Source: Glaucostegus cemiculus
Taxonomy: Eukaryota
Assembly: GCA_976551045.1 (NCBI GenBank)
Contig: CDPCPM010000014.1
Location: 30,690,001 to 30,754,000 of the forward strand
Length of the DNA stretch: 64,000 nucleotides
Direction of reading: 5' to 3'
A program made the position numbers and the translations under genes. Of the stretch, positions 12,290 through 24,454 are shown piece by piece; position 1 is the first letter of the stretch, and each line of letters opens with the position of its first letter. A model generated the notes under the pieces. That model was not told the DNA's origin. It saw only the letters and a program-made list of their open reading frames with translations, and did no database searches.

Positions 12290-12730
12290 ACAGGTCTTGT
12301 CTCCTGGTCTAAGGAAGGATATACTTGTAATGTATGAAGAAAAATGCGGCGAAGGTTCACCAAATTAATTCCTTGGAATGGCTGGCTTGTTGTGTGAGAA
12401 GAGAATAAGCAAACTGGTCCTAAATCCTCAAGCTTAGAAGAATGAGAGGTGTTCTCATCAAAATATACAAAATTCTTATGGCATTTGACAGGGTGGATGA
12501 AGGAGTGATATTTCCCCTGGCTGAGTCCCTGGAACCTTTGGAATTCTCTTCCCAGGAGTAGTGTGGAGCTTCAATTTGTGAGTACACTCAAGAGAGATTG
12601 ATAGATGTTGAATATTGAGAGAAATCAAGATGCACTGAGGTAAAAGATCAGCAATAATCTAAATGAATCATGTGGCAATCCTGAAGGGATAATGATTTAC
12701 TCCTGCTTCTCTTTCTTGTAGCTTTTAAGT
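12290..12730 (+). mobile_element. Old CR1 3' fragment
   Basis: ctcctggtctaaggaaggatatac..gaaggttcaccaaattaattcc..agaagaatgagaggtgttctcatc. Confidence 0.75.
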
Positions 12731-12904
12731 TCTAAGGAGTCAAAGGACCAGAGAAGCCATGCGAAGTGGAGGTTCAGGAATGTCCTTGCACTGAGACTCA
12801 GCTGCACATGGACAGAATCTTTTCTCTCAGCCTCCCAAAGAAACCATCACCAAACTTTGCCAAAGCTTTTATAGCCAGAATTGAGATCAGTAATTGATAT
12901 TACA

Positions 12905-13990
12905 AACAAAAAAATACTGTAGCTGAAAAACACAATGATGCTGGAGAACTCAGCAGGCCAGGCAGCATCTGTGGAGAAAAACAGGTGGTCAAAGTTTTGG
13001 GTCAGGACCCTTCTTCAGGACTGAAGATAGGAAAAGGGGAAGCCCAATATAAAGGAGGGAAAAGCAGTGCAGTGATAAGTGGGCAGAAGAGGGGAGGTGG
13101 GGTGGGCACAGGGTGGTGATAGGCAGATGCAGGTAAGAGATAGTGATAGGCAGGTGAGGAGGGGAGGGCGGATCCACCAGGGCATAGGTAAAAGATAAGA
13201 TGAGAGAGGGAAAGAAAGAGGCTAGGAAAGGGATGAAGAGAAGCATGTTGGTGGTGGTTGGGGAGGGGTGGGGGGGTGGAGGTGACAGGTTGTGGGGAAG
13301 GGAGTGTGATTACCTAAAGTGGGAGATTTCAATATTCATGTTAGGCTGCAAGTTTCCAAGATGGAAAATGTGGTGCTGTTCCTCCAGTTTGTGCTTGGAA
13401 TCCTCCTGGCAGTGGAGGAGGCCGAGGACTGACATATCAGTGATAGTGTGGGAGGGGGAGTTGAAGTGACTGGCAATGGGGAGATGCAGCTCATGGTTTT
13501 GGACAGCGCAGGTGTTCTGCAAAAAGGTCACCTAGCCCACATTTTGTCTCGCCAATGTAGAGGAGGCCACACTTGGAACACTGAATGCTGTAGATAATAT
13601 TAGGGGACGTGCAGGTGAATCTCTCTCACCTGAAAGGACTGTTTGGGTCCCTGGATGGAGGTGGTGTAGGGGCAGGTGTTGCACCCATGGAAGGGGCAGT
13701 GCAAGATTCTTGGGGTGGGGGGGGGGAGGGAGGATTGAACAAGAGAGTTGCAAAAGGCAGAAAGGGGTGGGGAGGGGAAGATATGCTTGGTGGTGGGATC
13801 CCATTGGAGATGGCATAAGTGGGAAAGAATGATATGTTGGATATGTGGCCCTTGCAAGTGACAGGGTGGGAGGAGCTGTAATCGAGGTAGCTGTGGGCAT
13901 CAGTGGGTTTGTAGAAGATGTCAGTGGATAAGGTATCTCCTGAGATGGAGATGGAAAGATTGAGGAATGAGAGAGAGGCGATAGAGATAG
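12905..13990 (-). mobile_element. Penelope-like element: decayed GIY-YIG endonuclease region plus terminal repeat with HHR motif
   Basis: ORF 13310-13531 LPIASHFNSPSHTITDMSVLGLLHCQ..KLEEQHHIFHLGNLQP.MNIE is a typical PLE C-terminus; CPYTTSIQGPKQSFQVRE upstream; minus strand 12987-13022 gtcCTGAAGAagggtcctgacccaAAActttgac. Confidence 0.9.
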
Positions 13991-14684
13991 GAGAGGGTCC
14001 CCCTTGTCCTCACATTACATCCCACCAGCCTACATACCCTATGTCAGTCAGCATGTGGTAACTGCAGGACTAATTATGATTTTTCTCTGGCAGGCACTCC
14101 AAAAGAGAAGTGTGGAGATAAGTGACCATGACACTTGCCTTGTATATGAATCGGTGAACATGCAAAAAATGGAATTTGTGCTGGTTACAATTCAATTCCA
14201 ATATTCACTCACTGAATGAACATCATTGTGACAGTTGTAATGTGGCAGATAAGAGAGAAAATGAAGCTCTCCAATTCGAAAGATCAGCAGCTGAAGATGA
14301 TAACCTTTATTTTCCTTAACTTAGTATAAATTAAAGTACTCTGCAACTACCCATCAGTTGTTAAATGTCCCTTTTTTTTAAACAAGTCAATTTCAAATGG
14401 GCCAAGAGAATCCCTTTTATACCTCCTCACAGATTTGAAGGGAAGATAATATTGATTTAACATACCGTTTTACATTAGTCTTGCTGAACTTCGATGAAAT
14501 GAAGGTTTCCAGCATTTTCTGCCTTTATTTCAGATTTCTGCCATCTGATTTTCAACTTATACTCCTTACCAAATAGTGTTAAGGGAAACTAACACCTTTG
14601 GTTGGCACTGATGCTGAAAGTGCTCTCCCAAACTCTGTACGCACATCAAATACATTGTGAATTGTGAGTTTGAATCAAAAACAA

Positions 14685-15675
14685 CAGAGGTCCCAGAACT
14701 AATTCCTGTGGAACACCACTAGTCAGAGACCTCCAGTTAGAATAACACCCCTCCACCACTACTTTGGCTTGGCCAAAGAAGACACTTCAGCCAAGCCAAT
14801 TTTGAATCCAATCTTCTCCCAAGTTGCTGTGGATCTTACGTGCCTTAACCTCCTGGAACAGCCTGCCCTGAAGGACCTTGTTGACTGTTTTACTAAAGTC
14901 CATTTTGACACCATCCACTGCCCTACCCTCATCAATCATCTTCATCCTCAAAAAAAAACTCAATCAAGTTTGTAAGGCATGAACACACCCACACAAATCC
15001 ATGCTGACTAGCCCTAATAAGCCATGCTTTTCCAAGTGTAAGTAAATCCTATCCCTAAGAATCTTCTCCAATAATTTTCCTACCACTGATGTAAGGCTCA
15101 CTGGCCTATAATTTGCTGGATTGTACCTCTTGCCCTTCTTAATCCAAGGAACAGCATTGACCACTCTTCATTCTTCTGTGACCTTGCCTGTGGTTAAAGA
15201 GGATACAGAGATCTCTATCAAGGCCCCAGCAATCTTTCCTCCCTCAGTAACCTCGGATAGATCCCATCAGGCACTGGGGACTTATCCATCCTAATGTTCT
15301 TAAGGAGACCCAACACCACCACCTCCTTGATATCAACATGCACTAGAATATAAAGATATCCCTCTGTCTACTTGATGAATATTGACACAAAGTATTTGTT
15401 TTGTACCTTGCCCACTTCCTCTGACTCCTAGCATGAATTCCCTCTTTTTTTCTGAGTGGAGCTATCCTTTCCTTTGCTACCCTCTTGTTTTTAATGTATA
15501 TATGAAATGGTTTGGGATTTTCCTTAATTCTGCTTGTCAAGGATGTTTCCTGGCCCTTTTACGACCTCCTGATTCATTGTTTAAGTTTTTTCCTGCTTCC
15601 TTTAAATTCCTCAAGGGCCCTGTCTGATTTTAGCTTCCTAAACCTTACATGTGGTCCCTCTTTCTTTTTTTGACC
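14685..15675 (-). mobile_element. CR1 ORF2 internal fragment (RT N-terminal part)
   Basis: ORF KKGKRYNPANYRPVSLTSVVGKLLEKILRDRIYLHLEKHGL; IKENPKPFHIYIKNKR; ends near SGVPQ. Confidence 0.9.
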
Positions 15676-16889
15676 ACAAACAATACCACTAATGTTCGAT
15701 TGGTTTTTTTTAACCGTTTCCAGTGCTATGATCTGTTGTAGGAATTCCAAGGAACCTAATACCTCTTAACTCCTGGATGCAAATGGCTCAGATTGAATGG
15801 TATTTTTGGAAACTTTGCAAACTCGGATCAATCAAATCAGTCCATTATTTTCATCCATGAGTCATAAACCTTAACACAAACCAATCTGGTAGGAAGTCTC
15901 TCAGTTGTATTTGGATTTGCCTTTGTAATTGCAAGTTGGGTATTATCTTGCACATGAATCTTTTCACTAACAGTTGCTTATTAAGTATGTAAGTCGCTGC
16001 CATTGAGCTATGCATTTTGGCATTATCCATATGCTTTTCATTTGTTTCATTTCTTTACTAATCTAAAAGGACTCCTTTTCTTGTTAGTCTGCTGCTTTCT
16101 AAATATAGAAGTGCTTGGCATTCCAGTATCTCTTCTGTTGAAAGCAAAAAACTGCAGTTGGGCAATATGCTTGGAGACCTGGTGAAAGATAATCAATCTC
16201 TCACTATAGATGCTGCCTAACTTGCTGGATACTGCCACCATTTTCTCCTTTTATTTCCTCTCCTGTTTAACTACTTTTAATAATGCCTTAATTGCTTATC
16301 AACAATCTTACTGTTTTATTTTTGACTTGCAAATTTCTTGATTAATTTTGACACTCAATATATTGGTTTATTTTGACATCTTTTAGCTTGTATCAGGCAG
16401 GATTCATGACTTTCAAAATATTTTAGTTTTGGTTGCAGGTTTCCACATGTTCAGAAATATATTTTGAATACCCTCTGGGTTTAAAGATTCTCCTTACATA
16501 TCCTTGTCTTCCTTAAATGATGTGTTTATGGTTGAGAACAGTGATAGATGATACTTGTTCAGGCCATAGATATCTTACAGTTTTATTACCACCATCAGTC
16601 GTGCTACTTCTGACTATAAATTGCTTGCTGGTGAGAGGGCTGTACTTTCATAGGTTGATTGGCATGACATTGCAGGATCAAACTGGTTTGTGTGTTAGAC
16701 CTCATGCATATGCTTTAGAATATGTTATGGTGCAGAGCCATTTGGGAAAAAAATCCACTCTATTCAATTATTTTTGGTGGAGAGTAAAATGAACTATTAG
16801 TGCATTATTACTGAGTTTGTACACTGGGTGAATTTCACCATCATGTACATTCTCCTTATCTTTCAAAGGTAGGGCTTGGGGATTTCCAA

Positions 16890-17655
16890 TGACTTCGCTG
16901 GACAAATTCATTGGGGGCTTGGATGGGCACATGAATGAGAGGAAAATCAGAATCAGAATCAGAATCAGTTTTATTGTCACAACCATATACATACATAGCA
17001 TGCATAGGAGCGAGATACCGTCCTCCTCAGGTGCTCGTCCCATTAAATAACAACCAACAGAGACACACATACACACTTGACAGAATAGACATTAAAAAAA
17101 AATTAAACATTAAAAACTACGGAAGTTAAAATTAAATTAATATGCAGATTAAATTAAAAATGGCCGGTAAATAAATAAATAGTTATTAAAGTGAACGGGC
17201 TGGTGTCGGGCATTTAAAGTGCTGGTGCATTTCTGTGCACCTAGCATCTCTTAGTGTTAACAAAGGAAGATGGAGGGGTGAGAGAGTTTGCAGTTCTGAT
17301 GGCTTGCGGAAAGAAGCTATTGTTCAGCCTGGTCGTTCTTGCCCTGATACATTTAAGCCTCCTCCCTGAAGGCAAAATTGTAAAGAGGTGGTGGGAGGGG
17401 TGAGAAGGGTCGGCCATTATGCTTTTGGTCTTCCTCACACAACGGTCTTTGCATATGTCTGCGAGGGATGGAAGCGAGACACCTGTGATCCACTCCGCAG
17501 CCCTAACTATCTTCTGGAGGGACTTCCGCCCAGCAGCTGAGCAGCTTCCAAACCAAACAGTGATACATTGATACATCTGTAGCTAGGAGGGATTAGCTAT
17601 GTTGGCGCAACATTGTGGGCCAAAGGGCCTGTTCTGTGCTGTACTGTTCTATGAC
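16890..17655 (+). mobile_element. CR1 3' UTR split by a Rex/Babar insertion (pieces ~16890-16946 and ~17576-17655)
   Basis: ggatgggcacatgaatgagaggaaaat and ctgtagctaggagggattagctatgttggcgcaacattgtgggcc are nearly contiguous in the intact copy at 40690-40800 (minus). Confidence 0.75.
16945..17575 (-). mobile_element. Young Rex1/Babar LINE 3' fragment
   Basis: ORF 17241-17576 CITVWFGSCSAAGRKSLQKIVRAAEWITG..LPSL..DPSHPSHHLFTILPSGRR..RTTRLNNSFFPQAIR (Rex/Babar C-terminus); (CTGATT)n tail. Confidence 0.92.
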
Positions 17656-17659
17656 TTTT

Positions 17660-17870
17660 TTCCACTGGAATTCTGTGGGTTCTCAAGTGACAAGAGACCA
17701 ATGTGGAGTATGCAGACTCTGTCATTGGTGGATGAGGAAGTGCTTGATGGGATGGGTAGCTGGCTAGTTTGGGAATGGTACACTCCTTCTGCTATTCACT
17801 AGGCTTCTATGTGCTACCAAAGCATGGATTTGAAGTTTTTAGTGCCAACGTGAATGCTCTTTCTGTATGA
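17660..17870 (-). mobile_element. RTE-clade LINE C-terminal fragment
   Basis: Minus translation RKSIHVGTKNFKS...DRVCILHIGLLS resembles RTE C-terminus WRKSIREG...CDRVC.SRIGLFSH. Confidence 0.65.
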
Positions 17871-19269
17871 ATGGAATGGTACTTTTGGAGACTTTGCTGA
17901 CTCAAAGCAATCCGATTCATTATCTTCATCCATGAGTTGCAGATCTTGACACGAACCTAAGATGATGCACAAGGAGCACATCAAACCCTGCATAAGTGGT
18001 GGAATGAACGCGTCACCTCACAATCTACATGGAGAAAAGCTTGGTTGCTGCCTGGTCTGCTGAGATCCTCCAGCAGCTTGTTGTTTGTTCATCTAGATTC
18101 CAGCATCTGCAGTCCTCATGGTCTATGCGTTTCTTTTCCACCTCCTGCCCCATCTGAGGAAGAGTCAGTAGTTCCCACATTGGCCTCATTAACCAGATCA
18201 TAACCCATAAATCTGGAGTGAAAGTTGACCATCTTCATTCCCAAAGGACCGCCTAAGGCAAAGAATAGAATGTTTGCTGATGTTTTACCACATCATATTT
18301 TCCTGAAGTTACTCCGAGAAGTAAATTTGTCTGAGGCACATTAATGTATTGATGTTGCATTGAATTTGTTTTTGCTTGTTAAGCAGCAATTAACTGAATT
18401 TACTCAGCTGGTCTTCAATTACACATCATGCTAATGATGGCCAAATAAAGACTTTAGTTTAATCAGCAGAGGAGCTTGGCAAATATTCAGCACAGGACAG
18501 AGCAGGAGGTAGTGAACAAAAGTGCCTGGGATTTTTACTATACAAAGTTATACTGCTGAGGTAGCAAGCTTTAATTAATTGTACATGTTGGAGCAGCAGC
18601 AAAGGAAGACGAGAAGGATCTGCATCAGGATTTGTTACTACCCTTGGATGTTATACCTCCACCATTTGAGAGAGCCATGTGGTCTAGATAAGTTCTACTA
18701 TTTCCAGAAATCAAAACCATAATTGAGGTGTGGCAATCCTATTTGAAACTGTGGGGTGGTACATCAAAGACAGTATTAAATCCTGGGACTGAGCTAGCAC
18801 AATGGCAACAAGATGCCAAATGTACCCAGTGTTGTTATGGAAAGTGGCAGCATAGGGAACATTTGCATATGAAGGGAAAGATGAAACCACTGCAGGAAGC
18901 AGCCATCAGATTATCATTGGTTAATTCTAGTGAAGTTATTAAACACAATTTCATGATCTATTCAATTTTTAGATATCACTTTACACTACTTTGATGTTAT
19001 TGATATTTTTATTTGGATATAAAATACATTTTTGTTTCTTTTTATGATGCACTCAATGTGCAGAAATGAAATGCTGATTGCAAAGCTTAATGGAATTGGA
19101 TCAGTTTTCCAACAGGAGGGATCCTTGCCTGTGAATAGGGGGAGTGGTAGAACTCTGCATTTGATTTCCTCAATGATTAGCTGGTGATTGAGGATTATAA
19201 AATCAGAGTTAATGTATTTCATTAGAATTTTGAACAGCTATTTGCAGAGGTTTGTCCCTGAAATGTTAT

Positions 19270-19590
19270 TGTAGTGGTTTGATAGAACTGCACCTAGGTA
19301 CTAAACTGGTATTCAGAGGTCTGGATTATCGACTGGGAACCATGAGTTCTAATCCCTCTATGACAACTTAAGTACAATTAATTAATTAGTTTATTAATCC
19401 AGTTTAATTTATTATTAATTGAGCACCTTACTCGGATGTCTACAATATCACATTCCACCAATGTGATCGGGCCTTAACTGCCTTCTGAACTGGCTTGGAA
19501 GCCACTCACTTCAAAGAGGCAACGAGGGATGGACAATAAATGCCATCCTTGCCAGTGATAGCCATATCCAGTGAATGAATTAAAAAGAAA
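19270..19590 (+). mobile_element. Old SINE with LINE-shared tail
   Basis: Decayed head (gagttctaatccc B-box-like) and tail gagggatggacaataaatgccatccttgccagtgatagccatatcc..gaatgaattaaaaa shared with 38015-38127 and 41400-41465. Confidence 0.65.
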
Positions 19591-22149
19591 AGCTGTTCTT
19601 TCCTATTGTAGTATTTTCCCAACAGAAAATACCTAACTGATAATTCCCATCACTGTACTATGTTTAAAGCAATACACCAAGGTTTGTGTTTAATAAAGAT
19701 ATTCTACAATTAGAAGTTGTAGTCTAAGTGTTTTAAAAAGCAAAATGTTATGACGAAGCATTCCTTGAGAGAAAACAAACTCTCTTCAACATTCATTTTT
19801 ACTTCAGCAATTTCTAAATTACTGCTGGTGTAAAATATAATGGAAGAGAAGGAGTGTTGGATATTCTTGAAGTTAAGGTTATGACAAGCCCATGCCACGA
19901 AATTATGGTGGATCATCAGGAGAATACCATGATTAAATCCAGCCCCCCTATCTAATGTGTCCTAGGTCTATATTCATCGTGGGCTTTGAACTGTCAGTAT
20001 TCTGAAACAGTTTGCCAGCTTTTACAGCTTGCTCGCTAGGTTGGATTGTATTCATAATGGCAACCCACAGAGCAGAAAACCCTTCCTCAATGTCAGTGTC
20101 AAACTAAGTAGTGAATTCTGCTGCACTACCTGACAGAATTGTGTTCTGCAAGAAGATTGGTGACGCCCATTGATTCATGCTCATAACATGCCATCCATTG
20201 CATTGCCATATCCATAAGATCACAATGTACTGATTGTTCATGTTGGGCTTTTGCTCATTAGCAACATACTGTCTCATTTTTTTATACACATTATAAATGG
20301 TTCAACCTCTGTTCCCTCCTCACCTATTCTCTCTTTTAAGGCAATGATGTCAATATGTTCCTATCCGAGTTGATACCTGCTTCAAGCCACGATTCAGAAT
20401 GTTAAGGTTTGCTTATATTCAGATTGCTGGTTCTAAGTTTATTTATGTTTTTGGAAAGTGATAATTGTGCATAATGAGTACAAGAAAAAAAATTATTGGT
20501 CTTTGTGAAGAGGGACAGTGATTTCCATCTCCTGTACCTGGTGATTATTACACAACTAAAGAATCTGACCATATAGATCTTTCTGTCTGTCTCTTCTTGT
20601 CTTTCCTATCTTGTGTCCCACTCAATTCCTCTGCATTATTCATCCGTAATGTCTATGATTGTGTTCTTGAAGTATATTTGTTGAACAGTGGTTTTCTTTT
20701 GCAAACAATAACAATAAACATTGAATGGATGCCAAGAAATTTGTAACATATATATCCCAACGGCTACAGAGTATGTCCAGTTGAACGCAAGTCAGTACTA
20801 TGAATGCAACTGATCTGCGACTACTGTTGCAGTGAAGTATGGTTTACCACGAGCTCTAACTTTGCTGAGTCATGGTCTATTTGTAAATTGTTCCAACCTG
20901 TCTATGGTAGTCTGACCATGGAATCACTAAAGATGGGAAAATAAGACAGAAGACAGCTGATTTATGTCCAATTATCCTGCAGGTAGCATCAACTTTATTG
21001 TTAGTCTGCAAAACATATCAGCCATGTCAGGTACAAAGACAAATGTCTGTTTATTATCGCTTTCTGTTCTAAGTAGCAAAAGCGATAGGGCTAACAGGAA
21101 TATTACCTACATTATAAATACATCATCCAACAAACTATCAATAGTTCAAAACTTGTCATAGCTGATTTGTGTTCAGTACTCATTGTAGGTTACATTACTA
21201 CAAAGATCATAATGTTTCAATAAACATCAAAGGCTGAGGTCTCTGTATCAGTTCATCAACTGGGTAGGTTGTTCTGCAACTCAGTTCAGTCATTTAGGCT
21301 TTGGAGACGGATACTATGCCTAGGCTAGTTGCTAATTTGCTGAGCATTCAAACTCAAATTTTCTGAAGCTTTGTAATAATTGGGTATTTTTCCCAGGACG
21401 ATTTTCTTTCCTGAAGGTGACAGCTTCTTTCAGAACATTGTTAACTGGCAAATTTTCACGAGTGATAACAAATAGCAGCTTACATTTTCTAAAGCTCTGT
21501 TTCCAACAAGTAGCTAGTATGGTGGGAGCATGAAGCAGGTAATCAACCATTGAAGCTAGTGCAATTGATTCATGGCATCAGAGCTTTTCTGGCTACAATT
21601 AAAGAAAGGAAAATAGGAATGTGAGCTAGCTTGTTAGGCTCTGCAGCCTGTTCTACCATTCAATTAGATCTTAGTTGATTTAACCTATATCTTTGACATG
21701 CTTGCCTAATAAAAATCTATAAATCTCATTCCTGGAAATTTTCATTTGATCCAGTATCCACAGCCACTTGCCACAGGAATCACAGCATTAATCTAAATGA
21801 GGGGAATTGCCCTAAATGTTATCCTATTGCTAACTCTCTCATTAACATGCTGCAGATAGGAATGTATTTTGAACTTACATCACTGTATAACATGTTACAA
21901 CATCACCCACATTTAATTTCTAAATATTTTTGTGCAGCTGGTGACTGAGTGGTGCACAATTAACTCATGAAGTTTCTTCAGTGAAGTTCATTACATCCTT
22001 CATTAATTTACTTCCTCTGTTAATCCAGCATTTTAGCAGTTAACATTCATCTGTAATGCCTGTTAGTTTACTAGTGAGGGCGGAGATCCTTGGCAGCCAA
22101 CCTGAGGAAAGTTGCACAACTTTTGCAATTATCTCTTGGTTCAGCTGGT

Positions 22150-23400
22150 GGGGTACTTGAATCTATCAGAAAGAGCACAGGCATGAGGGGTGACAATGCC
22201 AGGCAGTGGGGGCATTCAATCAAAGCCTTCCTGTAAATGTACAAAACACACAAGTCCTGATGAAGGGTCTCAACCCAAAACATCGACTGTTTATTTCTCT
22301 CCATAGTTGCTGCCTGACCTGCTGAGTTCCTTCGGCACCTTGTGCGTGTGTTGCTCCAGACTGCAGAATCGCTTGTGTCTCTGTATATGGACAACTTCAC
22401 TGTCTGCTGCTCGGACTCAAAATCAGTCCACAGATGGATTAGCATCTGTGGCCAGTTTGAACTGACCTTGGGGAGCCAGAGTCAATCACAATAAGACTGA
22501 GGCTATGTTCCTTGGGAGATGGCCAAACTGATCCTCTGTTCCCTTCACCATGAGGTCTGAGTACCTGAAGGTGCTAGGAATCTGGTTCGGAGGACCCGGG
22601 GACATGTGGCAAAAATTGACTGGAGCATACAGCCAAGGTGAAACATTTGGGAATGTGTGACGGTGCTCCTTCTAGATTATGGGCAAGAACCTGGTCATCA
22701 GGTGCAATGTGCTCTTGGTGTTGAAGTATGAGAGATAGATAGGACTCAAACCCTGCTCTTGCACTGTGGAAAATGGCTTGTGTGGAGGTGCCATTTGGTT
22801 GGAGTTCCAGAATTGATTGAGTTCATTGAATCTTGATGTACAGGTCTCCAGGCAAGGGGGAAATCATACCCAATATTGCCTTTGTCCTGATGGCTACCTT
22901 TGCATATGGCTGCACCAAACTGTAGAGCCTGAGTACAAACATACCAAGGGTTACTACGTGCTGAGGTTCTACCTGTTCCTGTTGGTGTGAAGGATGATCC
23001 TCATGACCACACAATAGTCCATTCAGTTGGACCTTGTCTAACTGGATCTGTCTGTTGTGGAAAGGTTTCTGCAGACCACAAGTCCATCAAGGGAGTGGTC
23101 AGCACTGAATGTCCTGTGGGATGATTTCTCAAGCAGACTGTTGAAGTAACATGGCAGAATGCCACATCACCAGAACTCACATACAAGCACCAAGACCTCG
23201 CTTGGCTGGTTGCAAGAGAGGCCCTCTCTATCAGATTCTTCCTACAACATTGGAGTTGGCAGTGCAGTTGGCAGTGCATGCTGAGAAGTGCACTTTGAAG
23301 CTTAGTGCAACCACCACAAAGCCTCTTATGGGGAAGGAACACAGTCTTGGGTCCTGTGCCACAGGACATTAAGGGTTTGAGCTCTATGTAACGGCCTCTC
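22150..23400 (+). mobile_element. Tx1/L1-clade LINE fragment, decayed
   Basis: GVT.PGSGG..KA.LYMDNFTVCC (LYMDD motif), QFEL..GA.VN..K.EAMF.G, YLKVLGIWFG, WQNA.SPEL..KHQDLAWL, terminal LKL.A....WG. Confidence 0.85.
22245..22380 (+). mobile_element. Solo PLE terminal-repeat element with minimal hammerhead motif
   Basis: gtcCTGATGAagggtctcaacccaAAAcatcgac followed by gctgcctgacctgctgagttcc; flanked by ctgtaaatgtacaa and ctgtatatggacaa. Confidence 0.8.
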
Positions 23401-23496
23401 ATATTTACTGATTGTATTTAGAGTTTATATATATTTATTTATTTATAGTTGTGCATCTATATGCACAAATATATAGTTGAACTATATATAGAGCAG

Positions 23497-23499
<3 letters not shown>

Positions 23500-23529
<30 letters not shown>
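23500..23529. repeat. (TA)n microsatellite
   Basis: About 15 perfect TA units. Confidence 0.95.
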
Positions 23530-23534
<5 letters not shown>

Positions 23535-24454
23535 CTGAAACAAAACAAAAGTGTGCTTGAAGTGTAAAGAATCTGAGATTAAGAAACCAGAAAAGAGTAA
23601 AGAATGACTTGTATCCACACAAGTAAGAACAGGTCAGTGCTGGGAAATAATAATCCTCTGTAAGTGAGCCAGATTTATTTCCATTCCACTGTGATTCAGA
23701 ACGCAGCAGTATCCAGAAAGTGTTGCTCAGAGGCTGAACAGCACTTGCTGGAATACAGGCTGGATGGACCTGGCTGGTTCCTGTTTTTCCAGCCCATGTA
23801 AGACCACACAAAGTTGGAAGAAGTTCAGTAACCTAATAATATAAGTAATGACAAGTTAAACCAACAATACAACATAGTTGTCATGATTCTGAGTACTGGC
23901 CCTTGATTTGGTTCCTTAGATGCCTCGTTGTACAGCACATGGATTCCATGCTGGACTGATTGCATAATGACACACACTTGAGCCCCATCAGGGGCCTAGC
24001 ATAAGTACCTGGGTTTCTCTAGCACTATTTGCCAGAGGATTGGTCAACTTTGAAGATTCGGTTTGGTTCCTAGCTGCTTAGCATGGTCTACTCCAGAGCA
24101 GTCCTATGTTCTCTAGTCCTGCTTGAAGATTCCGTTTGTGTTGGGATTACTACTCAGATCTCCGAGGCAAGATTTCCTTCCAGTGTTACCTTTGTCCGGT
24201 CCTGAGGAAGTATCCTGATTCCAGTTTTGTACCAGTGTGCTGCATTTGGGTTCTCTGTGATCTTGCTCTTCAATCAACATTGTGACAATAGTACTAGAAA
24301 AATATTCCTTTAGCATCATGCTAATTATGTATTACCAGTGCTCATGAGGCAACCTTCATCTAGAAATGTTTCATAATTAAAGTCCTTAAAGCCAATCACA
24401 CTGTAAAGACTTGCTAGGAATTCAATTATTTGTTTTCTCATTAGTCCTTCTAGA

